From: Rhodothermales bacterium
GTDB taxonomy: Bacteria; Bacteroidota; Rhodothermia; Rhodothermales; Bin80
Reading direction: 5' to 3'
Assembly (NCBI GenBank): GCA_964291275.2
Contig: OZ219799.1
Span: 2,334,914-2,398,913 of the forward strand
Length of the DNA: 64,000 bases
The notes beneath the pieces are model-generated. The model was not told the origin of the DNA and made no database searches. It worked only from the letters and a program-made list of their open reading frames with translations. The position numbers and the translations under genes are program-made. This document shows, piece after piece, positions 19,401 through 28,778 of the stretch (position 1 is the stretch's first letter; every line of letters begins with the position of its first letter).

Positions 19401-19539
19401 TCAGGGAGCGGAGTTACGTGCGCCGCTGGCCATTGCCATAGTTGGTGGCTTAACCAGTGCGACTATACTTACACTTTTCATAGTCCCGGTGTTGTACAGC
19501 ATAGTCGTTCGAATGCAGCCCCGGCCTGACTCCATCTGA
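16477..19539 (+). CDS. RND efflux transporter permease (AcrB-like)
   Basis: 1020 aa. N-terminal FIAACLNRPVAVTAFYLLL, then conserved GMLVDNAIVVIENI and VGIVVNDAII segments. Confidence 0.85.
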   Translation: MRSFIAACLNRPVAVTAFYLLLMVLAVVAYVRLPVALLPDLRYPGLVVWTSYPDVPPERVERAVTERVEQAVAGTAGLTRVTSRTLLGGSLVHMQFGWNADLDLALLDVRDKLDRLGDSFPREASRPAVLHLNPGDRPIMVIALRYEGELEEGRSDDLVELKRVGRDIIARRLEQLGDVARVQVTGGFERQIEIEVDPNQALAYGISLNQIAGELRGANVALQGGVIRRGPFRYPVEVSGEFKDTEDIAETVISIRNNTPIRLRDVAQVRDGVADRRGLVRLDGVETLLLLVERKADANVVRAVEEIRTVLTELEEEHERITLDVVVDESEFIRAAIGGVTQAVMLGGILAILVLLAFLKRVRVLLAAAVAVPLSVAVTLVLFEPLNVTFNLISLSGLALGAGMLVDNAIVVIENISRLREQGQGALEAARNGVSEVAGAITASTLTTIAVFLPITLVEGLAGRLFRDQSLAVVCSLLASLLVALTVVPLIVSREKKTAGRTERESRMGSRLLTGYERALSWSLDHRWTVVMLCTLVLMGAGLVITNLPREVIPKTEQGRIDVRITLPTDADLTMVAARASEIESQAKSRGWAERVLADLGERDQARLDLDPRPPYEGDITLLLPPGQRADEILLDVQSLDLPDDVSIKVQRVETQLEQLLTTSDADILIDLVSEERREAENVVERVQQLLELRPELANVRRTDAASVPTYQLGFNRDVMNRFGVTAGALTAYLEAGARGSEATTLKTVNEEVPIVIRSRHIDSIERLLAEQIPARDGLMPIGAFVTATSVPLPAALIRVEQASVVRLTADVAQGYDLGRAISAVNDVTRRTLPIAVRSRVGGAAEVFQQSLLGVGLSLALSLLLVYLILAAQFENLVQPLIILVSVPLAAAGVSFVLGLTGQSINLMSLMGAVVLVGIVVNDAIIKTDFINQRRAAGMPIREAILAAGRDRVRPILMTTITTVLGLLPLAMGFGQGAELRAPLAIAIVGGLTSATILTLFIVPVLYSIVVRMQPRPDSI

Positions 19540-20130
19540 GGGTTAGACTCGCCGAACCTTTCAGCGTGAGAGTCTACCAAACCGATTGGGGTGTGCAGCA
19601 AGAGCACTGATCGTTTCTGCCACATTCGGTTGCTGGATCCTGATACAATTGAGGCTGCTTCTCCGCTGCGTTGATACAGATCCAACCTGCTCCTCCACGC
19701 CACCTGGGCATTTCATCACTCACTTGGGTCCCTCACGGTCAACTGATTTTGGAGTACTCCCACAGGGATCGTCATCTGAGAGAACTTGATACCGCGCAAG
19801 GTAAAGTGTGCTGATGCCATTGGTCGGTCTCCTATATGAGACAGTTCGTCTTGCAGCATGGGGAGTCAGATTTGAAGGGAGGATGATTGAGACACGCTGG
19901 TAGACGATCCCGAACACTGGCCGTCCTATTGTCTATCTGTACGAAAATGCAAGATCACCAGAGGGATCTCTACAAGCCACGGGTCACCTTGTAACAGCGC
20001 GCTATTCAGTTGTAGATATTCAATCAACTTGCGGTTCGGAACGGTAATACAGCGAGCATTCCCGGAGCACATTGGTTGTATTCTGTGCCAACTAAGGTCT
20101 TCCATCAACTTTACATGAACGGGCCATCCG

Positions 20131-21222
20131 TTACTCGTCCGACGGCGGGACGAATCGGTAGCGGATGATCGTAGGATTGATGACTTCTTCGGTGGGCTCA
20201 TCTCCCGGATCACTCACAATATACAACCTTCCATTCTCGGCAACCTCTGGAGTCTCCTCAAACCGAGTGCTGACAGCTGGAAAACGATCACTGTGGCTGG
20301 CAATGATTGCTCCTTTAGTCAGCTCCTCATTGCTGGAATCAATAGAATCGTACACGATCATGCGTGTCTCGTTATCAAGCGTAAACACCCCAATCACGCT
20401 TGTTGCCTCGGCTTCAGCTTCATCAATCATTCTAGTAATTTCTCGAAAATTGGACTGATCCACTAATGGATACTCTGGAAAATCCTGAATCCGCTCCACG
20501 AAAAAGTCTGGTATATACTGGGTCAGCCCCGCACGGGGTAGCCGGGGAGTGGCATCAAAATTTTCTGAATACACCCACCAAACATCGTCATTAAAACATG
20601 CAATGTTGAGTCCCGAGTGTGTCAGCATAACGGACGCCCGTCTTTGGAACTTGGGCGTAGGGAGTGGGAATTTGTCAATGAGCGTAAAGTCCGAACTGTA
20701 GGCTCGAATGAAAGTGTTTTCCCTGATATCACGCGGCATGGCAAATATGGTATCTCGGTACGAGCATAGCCCCCACGTATTGGTCGCCAAATCCCCGTCA
20801 GTGCTGGTCTGAACGCATTCCCCATTCTGACCTAAAACGATCGCCCCCTTGTTAATCAAAACGGCAACGTGAGAGTCGTCCAGGAATGAAGCTTGTGCGT
20901 TGAAACCGAAGTTTGCTTCGGGATTGCAGTTGGTGATTACCATTGTCCAAACTAATATTCCGTCTGGCGAAAACAGGTGTACGCCCTGACTTTGGATATC
21001 AAGTACCAAGAGCTCACCTTTGGAATTCGCATCCAGACGCCATCTCGAACCGAGCAAGACCGTACTATCAAGTTGGACTACACTCTCCTGTACAAAGAGA
21101 TCTTCAAAGTCCATGTGAGTCGGAGTCAGAATCTGATCAACTGCAGATCTAGAGTTGCAGCCACCGACCAGGCAAGCCAACAGCCCGGCAGCAATAATGG
21201 GTGTACAGTGGGGGAATTTCAT
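20131..21222 (-). CDS. Hypothetical lipoprotein (possibly a beta-propeller fold)
   Basis: Lipobox LVGGC after a signal sequence; 363 aa; no catalytic motif recognised. Confidence 0.5.
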   Translation of the reverse strand: MKFPHCTPIIAAGLLACLVGGCNSRSAVDQILTPTHMDFEDLFVQESVVQLDSTVLLGSRWRLDANSKGELLVLDIQSQGVHLFSPDGILVWTMVITNCNPEANFGFNAQASFLDDSHVAVLINKGAIVLGQNGECVQTSTDGDLATNTWGLCSYRDTIFAMPRDIRENTFIRAYSSDFTLIDKFPLPTPKFQRRASVMLTHSGLNIACFNDDVWWVYSENFDATPRLPRAGLTQYIPDFFVERIQDFPEYPLVDQSNFREITRMIDEAEAEATSVIGVFTLDNETRMIVYDSIDSSNEELTKGAIIASHSDRFPAVSTRFEETPEVAENGRLYIVSDPGDEPTEEVINPTIIRYRFVPPSDE

Positions 21223-21395
21223 AGGGGCAGAGCGGGGATGCCTTGGTTTATTGCCTGAGGAGCAGCTGTGACTGCCACAGTATATGCACGCATAACAACA
21301 CTTGCAAGTGGTAACGTTTTAGGGTGTAATCCTATTTTTTATGGTCCTCAAGAACGAAAGACGGGGAGTAGTTCCCGAAATTCTGCATGCAGTAT

Positions 21396-22565
21396 TTATT
21401 CACCCAAGACCTCAAACTTATTATTCTGCACCCGGGCAATGACTGGACTAGTAACAGCGTCACCATTCTCATCAAAGGAAAATGACCCAAAAATGGAGTT
21501 GAATTCTCTTATTTCGGCTAATCCATCCCTGATTGAGGCGGCATCATACATTGAAACTCGGTTCAACGCCTCTCCCAGGATGGTTACGGCAGCGTAGCCA
21601 CGAGCGGCAAAGTCTCCCGGCTCCTCGCCGAATTTACTGTGGTAGTTATCTACAAATACTCGACTGGCCTCAACCGTAGAATTTGGTAACCATACCTGAA
21701 ATGTGATGACACCCTCTGCGGCGCCAGGCTCTGCATCATTTACGGCATGAATGACATCAATCGAAATAAAGTTAACAATAAACGGTGTGCGAAGTCCGAA
21801 CCGGTGTGCAGCCACGAGCGTGCCGGTTCGTCCCTCTGGCAATGCAGAAAGAAAGATGACATCAGGTGTGGGGACTGCATTTTGAATTGCGGTCAGTTGA
21901 GCCGTAATATTCCCAAAGTCTGTTCCCTGAGGAAGTCGGTACGAAGCCGAATGAACAATGGTCACATCACTGTACGTTCCCAGCTCCTGCGTTATGAAAT
22001 CGTTGCTGCTGACCGAAAATGCATCCACCTTATTAACCAGTGTCGCAACGTTTTTGTAGCCCAGATGCTTTTTCGAAATGCGCACACCTTCCGGTACCGT
22101 ACGGCCTACGGTGAGCGACGAGAGAAACAAGAACTCACTTTGTGCACTCAAGCCGCTGCGTGCTGCGGTGGGACTGATTGTAGCTACTTTTTTGTTGTTG
22201 ATTAGCGGGATCGCGCGTTCCGTTTCGGATGAAGTTGCAGGTCCAATAATGACCGGCACTCTGTGTTCATCCGCCAGTCGAGAATATGCGATCAGGGCGC
22301 TATCAATGTTGCTCTCACTGTCCTCTATAATGAAACGAAGACGAAACGGCTCTCTAGCATTGATCTCTTCCAGAGCCAGATCCATGCCATTCAGAATTCT
22401 CTGTCCCGCTACACCCAGAGTACCTGAGAGCGGCAGGATAACCCCTACTGGTATTTCCACGGGCTCAACTACTTGGTCGCAGGCTGAAGTATTGAATATC
22501 AAGCCTGCGATCATCAGTGCTGTAACTGTATTTCGTCCAATTGAGTGATGAATTCTGGTCATCAT
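21396..22565 (-). CDS. Periplasmic substrate-binding protein, LivJ/branched-chain-amino-acid-type (Peripla_BP_6-like), orphan
   Basis: VGVILPLSGTLGVAGQRILNGMDLALEEIN and VIIGPATSSE, typical of type I SBPs. No permease or ATPase gene is adjacent. Confidence 0.7.
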   Translation of the reverse strand: MMTRIHHSIGRNTVTALMIAGLIFNTSACDQVVEPVEIPVGVILPLSGTLGVAGQRILNGMDLALEEINAREPFRLRFIIEDSESNIDSALIAYSRLADEHRVPVIIGPATSSETERAIPLINNKKVATISPTAARSGLSAQSEFLFLSSLTVGRTVPEGVRISKKHLGYKNVATLVNKVDAFSVSSNDFITQELGTYSDVTIVHSASYRLPQGTDFGNITAQLTAIQNAVPTPDVIFLSALPEGRTGTLVAAHRFGLRTPFIVNFISIDVIHAVNDAEPGAAEGVITFQVWLPNSTVEASRVFVDNYHSKFGEEPGDFAARGYAAVTILGEALNRVSMYDAASIRDGLAEIREFNSIFGSFSFDENGDAVTSPVIARVQNNKFEVLGE

Positions 22566-23277
22566 GATGATGTTTAGGATTCAAAGATGTTCTTGAACCA
22601 GAAATTGTATCTATGGTTACTTATGCGTATTCGTCATTTTGATACGTAGCAGGCTTGGTTTGGGCCTCAAGTGTTGTTCAGCCTTATCACCTTCCTTCTT
22701 CTTGTGCATTGGGGTACTTCTTGACTTCCTCCAACGAGCACCCCATTGACCTGTTGCCCCTGATTGAATTGCAACTGCCTGTAGCAGTTGTAGGTTACTA
22801 TCATCGTCCTGCTTGCCGTTTCAACTCAGCGCTATATGGTTTACATAGAATGTCTCGGAACGCCCTCCGCTTTACTCGCCGGGAAGGATACCTCTTATGT
22901 TCTTCGAATGGTGAGCGTTCTTCGGCTGGACCAACGTATCGGATCTGTGGATTGTTTTGGGGATGAACAAGCCCAGTTCTTTGTGAAACTGCCGCAATAT
23001 CAGGTCATGTGCGTTCGCTGAGATATCTATGTTGATTCACCGACGATTCAGTTTTTCAGCTGTGATACAAGCGGTCGTACACCCACAGAACGGGCCGAGG
23101 ATCAAGCCGCCCCTACTTGTTGCTGTTCGACTTGGCAATGCGTTCTAAAAGGCAATTGACTTTTGTATACCGTAGTTACAATTCTCTTTGATCTTGCGAA
23201 ATTTTCTTATTTTGCGCCAATGGAGTAATTTCGAATTCTAACTCCCAACAGTTCTGCTGACGGCCCTAGACCTAACG

Positions 23278-24156
23278 ATGCCGGAGATTCCAGAAGTACG
23301 CCTTGATACTGCGAGTGAGCTATGGGATCAACTTAGCTCCACCAAGAGGCAATCCGATTCGGACAATCGAATAATTTATCGGGGCCACGCAAACGCTAAG
23401 TGGGAGATAAAGCCAACGTTTTTGCGGCAGAAGTCTCTCCAACTACAGCAAGAGCTGTGGTCTGCTCCTCTTACTTGTGAGCTCTTGGCATGGATAGAAT
23501 TCAGGAAATTGCGACTCTTCATCCACTGTTGTGATGAAAACGGAGTGGAGGTTCCCAACGACTCGCTTGAGTTGCGCAATACAGTATTCTCTGACATTAA
23601 CTTCAGGAAGCATCACGAATTTCCGTCTACTTGGCCCTCTGACGAGTTCTTAGAAATAATGGCATTTGGGAGGCTGCACGGGTTGCCTACAAGACTCTTG
23701 GACTGGTCCACTAATCCATATGTCGCCGCCTATTTTGCTGCGAGCGAGGCATTGTTCTCACAAGACGATTGGGTGCCAGGTCAGAGAATTGCAATATTTG
23801 AGCTAGACTTCGGGCCTGTAGAAACCACGTATTTGGGAAAGGTTAGACTTCTCCAAATCAGGGGCTCCATTTCGCCCAACATTGTAGTGCAACAAGGCAT
23901 GTTTACCTTGCACCCTTTAGTTGGGAATAAGAACGAAATGGCAGAAGTAAAAAGCCTTGAAAAGTACCTGTCACCCCGCTCTGAACCACCAATAAAAGCG
24001 TTTACAATTCCAGTATGTCAAGTTCCAGAACTTTGCAAGCTGTGCGACACTTTCGGCTATAATGCCGCTCGCCTATACCCCAGCCCTGAGGGGGCCGTTA
24101 GGGCCATGCGAGAATCCGATATGTACAGACTTGCACGGAAGAATGGTCAAGGATAA
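23278..24156 (+). CDS. FRG-domain protein
   Basis: IIYRGHANAKWEIKPTFLR (Y/FRG motif), GRLHGLPTRLLDWSTNPYVAAYFA and VVQQGMFTLHP match the conserved blocks of the FRG domain. Confidence 0.7.
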   Translation: MPEIPEVRLDTASELWDQLSSTKRQSDSDNRIIYRGHANAKWEIKPTFLRQKSLQLQQELWSAPLTCELLAWIEFRKLRLFIHCCDENGVEVPNDSLELRNTVFSDINFRKHHEFPSTWPSDEFLEIMAFGRLHGLPTRLLDWSTNPYVAAYFAASEALFSQDDWVPGQRIAIFELDFGPVETTYLGKVRLLQIRGSISPNIVVQQGMFTLHPLVGNKNEMAEVKSLEKYLSPRSEPPIKAFTIPVCQVPELCKLCDTFGYNAARLYPSPEGAVRAMRESDMYRLARKNGQG

Positions 24157-24362
24157 GAGACCAGATCACATTAAGGGTAGGCTAGCTTCGCGGCCCAAGT
24201 TGGAAAAATACCCTGCGAGACAAGATCCACCTAAGAGTAATCCAATGTATGATCAATCAAGGGACGGCTACTCTACGGTCCTAGTGTATTTGACGACCAC
24301 GCTTAGCTGTACCGTACCTATGTCGGCAGAGGCGTTCGGAATATGCTTTGAACCTGGACTAG

Positions 24363-26048
24363 ATGAGGGTTATGAAAATTACATCCATCGAAATACATAA
24401 CTTTCGGAGCATTCTGGAGTGCCGTCTGTCGTGTCGCGACATGCTCGTTCTGCTCGGCCAGAACAACCATGGAAAATCAAATATTATCGGTGCCTTGGAT
24501 TTTGCACTGAACTCGTCAAAGCCGAATATAGACGACCTCTTTGCCCTCGCTGAGCCTGGCGATAAAACGATATGGGTAGAAGTCTCATTTGGTCGGTTGA
24601 CCGACCAAGAAAAGACGACATGGAGAAAATATGTTCAAGCTGATGGCATTTTCTGCTTTCGGAAAACAGCTAGTTTTGACGATGAAGACAGGGTCGACGT
24701 CAAATACAACGGCTATGTGTCTGAACCTAACGAAGAATGGTTGAAAGCAGATAACGTGCGTAACTACATGAAGCGCGACGTAGTTTCTGGAACACCGCTG
24801 AGTCCCTATATTCCGGAGTCAGGACGAGTCACCAAAGCTATGATTGTAGCGGCCCAAGAGCAGTATATCAGAGAGCACAGTGAGGATTTAAATTTCAGAG
24901 TAGCCCTCGAGGAAGGCCCATTGCTTGGCCAGAAAAACGTAGCGAAAGGCGTTCTGCCAGAATTTTTCCTAGTTCCCGCTATCCGTGATTTGAGCGACGA
25001 GTCGAAAGTCAGGAATACTGCACTCTTCGGGAAACTTCTTACCTATACAGTCAAGGAAATGGCGTCCAGGAATCCTCTCTTTCATAGCATTGAAGAACAA
25101 CTCAGCGAGTTGGTCAATGTGCTCAATGCAGGGCCGAAAACCGAGGATCGCCCTCAGCAGCTCACTGATCTTGAGTCTTCTATTCAGCAAGAACTAACTG
25201 GATGGGATGTGCGTGTTTCTGTGGAAGTGACACCGCCGGACATCTCTAAAATCATTGAATTGGGGACGGAAATCCATCTCAACGATGGCCTTAAAACCTT
25301 GGCCAAACGCAAAGGACATGGTCTACAACGTGCCGTGATCTTTGGTCTCATGAAAGCATGGGCAAGGGTAATGCGCGGGTCTGATGCAGCGGACGGAAGC
25401 ATTACTGCACGCAGAGCGTCTGAATCAGTTATTTTCGCAATAGAAGAACCCGAGCTTTTCTTGCATCCACATGCACAACGTACTTTTAACAAGGCCCTTC
25501 GAGTACTTTCAGAAGGTACTAATAGTCAGGTTATCGTTAGCAGCCATTCCACACATTTCGTGGACTTGGACGACTACCGAGGTATTGCCCTGATTCGAAA
25601 AGAATCTGTCGAGAAGGGCACTATCTCGGTACAATGCACTGAGGACTTATTTGAAGGAGAAGCTGACCGAAAGCGCCGATTTCATATGGCCACATGGGTG
25701 AATCCAGATCGCGGCGAGATGCTCTTCGCTCGCCGAGTAGCATTCGTTGAAGGTGAAACTGGAAAATTACTCTTCCCGTTCCCTGCCGAGAAAATGGGTT
25801 GCCATTCGGAGGATGTTTCCATAATTGATTGTGGTTCGAAAAACAACATCCCGCTCTATGTAGCCATTGCTGAGGCCTTCCATCTCAATTACGTCGTTGT
25901 GCATGATCAGGACTCGTTGTCCAATCTGAGTTCCCAAAAATTGAACACTAAAATCAAGGAATTGGTAGGCGAGACAGGTTCGGTCGCAGTCTTACGACCA
26001 GATTTTGAGGACTGTGGTCAGGTGCCCAAGAGTGAGGGTCAACGATAA
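24363..26048 (+). CDS. OLD-family nuclease: N-terminal ABC-type ATPase (AAA_15-like) plus C-terminal TOPRIM
   Basis: MKITSIEIHNFRS start (the alternative ATG at 24372 is more likely the true start). Walker A is GQNNHGKSN and Walker B/D-loop is IFAIEEPELFLHP. TOPRIM-like motifs are VAFVEGETG and VVHDQDS. Confidence 0.8.
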   Translation: MRVMKITSIEIHNFRSILECRLSCRDMLVLLGQNNHGKSNIIGALDFALNSSKPNIDDLFALAEPGDKTIWVEVSFGRLTDQEKTTWRKYVQADGIFCFRKTASFDDEDRVDVKYNGYVSEPNEEWLKADNVRNYMKRDVVSGTPLSPYIPESGRVTKAMIVAAQEQYIREHSEDLNFRVALEEGPLLGQKNVAKGVLPEFFLVPAIRDLSDESKVRNTALFGKLLTYTVKEMASRNPLFHSIEEQLSELVNVLNAGPKTEDRPQQLTDLESSIQQELTGWDVRVSVEVTPPDISKIIELGTEIHLNDGLKTLAKRKGHGLQRAVIFGLMKAWARVMRGSDAADGSITARRASESVIFAIEEPELFLHPHAQRTFNKALRVLSEGTNSQVIVSSHSTHFVDLDDYRGIALIRKESVEKGTISVQCTEDLFEGEADRKRRFHMATWVNPDRGEMLFARRVAFVEGETGKLLFPFPAEKMGCHSEDVSIIDCGSKNNIPLYVAIAEAFHLNYVVVHDQDSLSNLSSQKLNTKIKELVGETGSVAVLRPDFEDCGQVPKSEGQR

Positions 26049-26497
26049 GGAAAGCCACTCGCCGCTTTAGACCACTTTGATTCAGTTACAGCCGATCAGA
26101 TTCCACAGCAACTCGTTGACATGATTCGGCTAGTTTACGGAGATACATAATAAATATGCATCCTCTCCGGTCCTGTCCACACGGATATGATCTCGCTCCG
26201 TTTCTAGCAAGCATAGTCATTATAGAATCCCCTGCGCTTTCGCGGACTTTCACCTGCTACACTTATCAGTTAGATTGTCGGGTTGCTGAACTTTTCCCAC
26301 CCACGAACCATCCCAGAGCTGCTCAAGACCTAGCTTCAAAATAGGTCCTAAGTCCTATTTGTTACAAAGGCAAAGGAAAAACTGTCCGCACTGATCTCGG
26401 TCTCGCAACAACTTCGGGGTTCCCCGTTTAGGGGGAATTTACTCCGGTCCTCCCTTAAGCTGGCGCCACTTGTGACATCGGGATTCCATGGTTGTGA

Positions 26498-26830
26498 TCA
26501 GTACAGTTTATTTTTCTCGTGCTTAGCCATACATGTGGGCTGCACATGCAGCTTCAAGTTCCTTCTTAACCTGTCTGGAAAAGTCTGGGTTGCTAATCTT
26601 GGAGGCAACATTTCCCGCTTGTGCCACTGACATCGCTGAATCGGTGCCCGATCTCCAAATACTTCTCGAACTCCTTTCTGCAATCCCTTGCATCCATCTA
26701 ATAGAACCAGCAACGAGCCCGCAGGCTGGAAGCCTCGTTCCTGTGATTCTGGAGTAGTGCGACCACGCAGGTATGCGCTTCGGTTTTGGTTTCCATGAAA
26801 GTGAACTGACAGAAACCAACATACGGCATC
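26498..26830 (-). pseudogene. IS256-family (Mutator-like) transposase remnant, frameshifted and truncated
   Basis: LLDGCKGLQKGVREVFGDRAPIQRCQWHKRE matches the IS256 core (D..GL...I...FP....QRC..HK.RN). The continuation NVASKI...DFSRQVKKELEAA is in another frame. Both the N and C termini are missing. Confidence 0.65.
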
Positions 26831-26876
26831 CGAGTTCGAGGGTGCGCGTTGTGTATGACTACGTAGGGTATTTCAG

Positions 26877-27614
26877 ATGAGAGTGTCCAAGCGCGTTATC
26901 TTCGCCTTCTCAATGACCATGCTATCTGCTGTCTCCGCGGTGACCTTTGCTCAGCCAATCTGCACCGTAGAAGATCTCCCGCGCGAGGCGACTGGCCAAG
27001 GGCGGCTAGCAGTCAGGCTTGATGGCGCATGGCAGCTATTTACCCAAGACGAGGCCGGATCCGCATACATCATCGAAATCGGCGGGCTCCAGAGCCTGTG
27101 CATTGCTTGGGAAGCACCTCCCTACGACAATGCTCGCCGGCAGATCGTCTATGTTAGCACCAAATACAGAGACAAACAGCCGCTGTGGCTCTTTCGAAAC
27201 AATGCGGCAGCTGGTCTTCCATTCGTTGGCAACCTACTGGGCAACTGGAGCCGGACACCCGATGCCTCGGGTTTAGATCCCGATGAGGCTTTCAGAGAGT
27301 TTCATCGTAGCCTCCCTGAGGATCCTTCTGAGCCCCCGTGGAACAACCTTACCACTTGGCACGACACGTCGGTATGGTTGTCCAATGTTAGCAGCTACGA
27401 GTTGGTGGTTGGTGCCACAAACAGCCTGCCCGTGCTTCCCTACGGTTCGGAGCGACTATTGAGGCTTGCAGGACATCGTCCACTCACCTCATGGGTACCG
27501 TTTACAACCCGTGCTCCGTCTGGGCAAAACGAACTCCGCATAGCGGTTTCCTATACAGGTGATCTTGATAACCTCGGCCCGGATATCTACCAGTACGTAT
27601 TCCGAGTCAGGTAG
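26877..27614 (+). CDS. Hypothetical secreted protein (signal peptide)
   Basis: N-terminal signal sequence ending AVTFAQP; 245 aa; no recognisable domain. The stop is 8 nt before the next ORF. Confidence 0.5.
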   Translation: MRVSKRVIFAFSMTMLSAVSAVTFAQPICTVEDLPREATGQGRLAVRLDGAWQLFTQDEAGSAYIIEIGGLQSLCIAWEAPPYDNARRQIVYVSTKYRDKQPLWLFRNNAAAGLPFVGNLLGNWSRTPDASGLDPDEAFREFHRSLPEDPSEPPWNNLTTWHDTSVWLSNVSSYELVVGATNSLPVLPYGSERLLRLAGHRPLTSWVPFTTRAPSGQNELRIAVSYTGDLDNLGPDIYQYVFRVR

Positions 27615-27622
27615 CTCTGCCC

Positions 27623-28123
27623 ATGCGTATTAAACACGAAGCCCGCCAAGTACTGAACGCGTTTGTAGGTCTCTTCACTCAACCGTTTAAACAGGATATT
27701 AATGCCTCTTTGAAGGGAGCTGTCACTGCGATCCTGCTCGCCATGTTCCCCGGCTTACCACTCTTGCTCAACGGTGTAATCCAGATAGAGGCAACAAAAT
27801 TTGCCGCCATTAGTCTCGTGCTCGTCCTCTTTTGGGCACTCTTGACGGCTATCTTCACCAAGCAGGACAGGCGTGAGTTGGCGATTGCTCGTAACCTCAC
27901 CATCCTGTCCTTTTGGATCGCTGCCACATTGGTGATCGTCTATTTGGTGAACATCATAGTCCCCAATCCTCTTGATGGAGCCTTACGTCGGGGAGTTGCA
28001 ACGGCCATGCTTATCCCCTTGATCTTCATCCACATGATTTGCAACCTGCCTTGTTTTCCAGCACTGAGAGTGGCATTCTCCCTGTCGATCAGCACCGTTT
28101 TATTGGTTTGGATGGTACTGTAA
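27623..28123 (+). CDS. Hypothetical integral membrane protein (about 4 TM)
   Basis: Four hydrophobic stretches. It is tightly coupled to 26877-27614. Confidence 0.5.
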   Translation: MRIKHEARQVLNAFVGLFTQPFKQDINASLKGAVTAILLAMFPGLPLLLNGVIQIEATKFAAISLVLVLFWALLTAIFTKQDRRELAIARNLTILSFWIAATLVIVYLVNIIVPNPLDGALRRGVATAMLIPLIFIHMICNLPCFPALRVAFSLSISTVLLVWMVL

Positions 28124-28358
28124 TGGCGATGTGTCATGGATCACTCGCGTCCATGTGTGTGTTGACTGGCGGCCTGTGGATAACATGGATGTTCCAAGGT
28201 CGCAGGGAATCTCCATTGTTTTGCACCAGAATTCCTTCTGACATGTGTGGTTTTGCAGGGGTCTCAGCTGCTTCTAATTAATAGTCCGGCAATGATCTGC
28301 TAAGCCTGCGAAATGAATAAGTGTAATATCTTTACACTTTGAAGACTTGAGCCCCAGC

Positions 28359-28522
28359 ATGGATAAGTTGAAGATGCACACACCTGATCTGAGTCAGGAA
28401 AATATCCTGAAGATTCGTAGTGCCTTCCCCAGCTGCGTAACCGAGGTGTTCAACGAAGCGAGAGGAGAATTACGCCTAGCGGTGGACTTTGATCTGCTTC
28501 GCCAAAAATTGAGTAATCATAT
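28359..28522 (+). pseudogene. mod: Type III R-M methyltransferase (Mod), N-terminal 54 codons, cut off by an IS insertion
   Basis: MDKLKMHTPDLSQENILKIRSAFPSCVTEVFNEARGELRLAVDFDLLRQKLSNH is the conserved N-terminus of Type III Mod proteins. The reading frame resumes in phase at 32022 (IIEGPQERYRLDWPGKRQ). Confidence 0.8.
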
Positions 28523-28778
28523 GAGCTAGTTGCAAAACCCATTTTGTTGCAACTGGTGAATCGGCCAATTCGGGACATAAATGGGTCTGATTTTCTTGGA
28601 ATACGTGAATGATTGGCCTGTGTTCACCGCTTTCTTCGAAGCTGTGGGTGATTGACCTTCAACGAGGTGTTAACTTGGAGAATTTTGTCCACGATCCGTG
28701 CGGACTCTACGCATCGATCCCACGGCTTCTGTATTCCAGAACCCCCCAATTCTGTACGCGACCACTCGACGATCCGGT

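Noticed and set aside
19926-20213. 95-aa minus-strand ORF overlapping the 3' end of the lipoprotein gene, plus small ORFs in 19.55-20.13 kb
   Set aside because: They have no motifs, overlap or abut better-supported genes, and the region reads as intergenic.
23215-23250. Possible IS1595-type left end or duplicated taatttc upstream of the FRG gene, matching the flank (cataatttc) of the intron remnant at 38514-38527
   Set aside because: Only 7 nt are shared, and the adjacent sequence (gaattctaactccc) does not align with the 38-bp IR beyond gaatt. That is not enough to define an island-wide transposon.
24062-24400. 112-aa ORF bridging the FRG and OLD genes
   Set aside because: It overlaps the 3' end of the FRG gene out of frame and runs into the OLD start. 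It shows no motif and is probably non-coding, although the 206-nt gap could hold a promoter.
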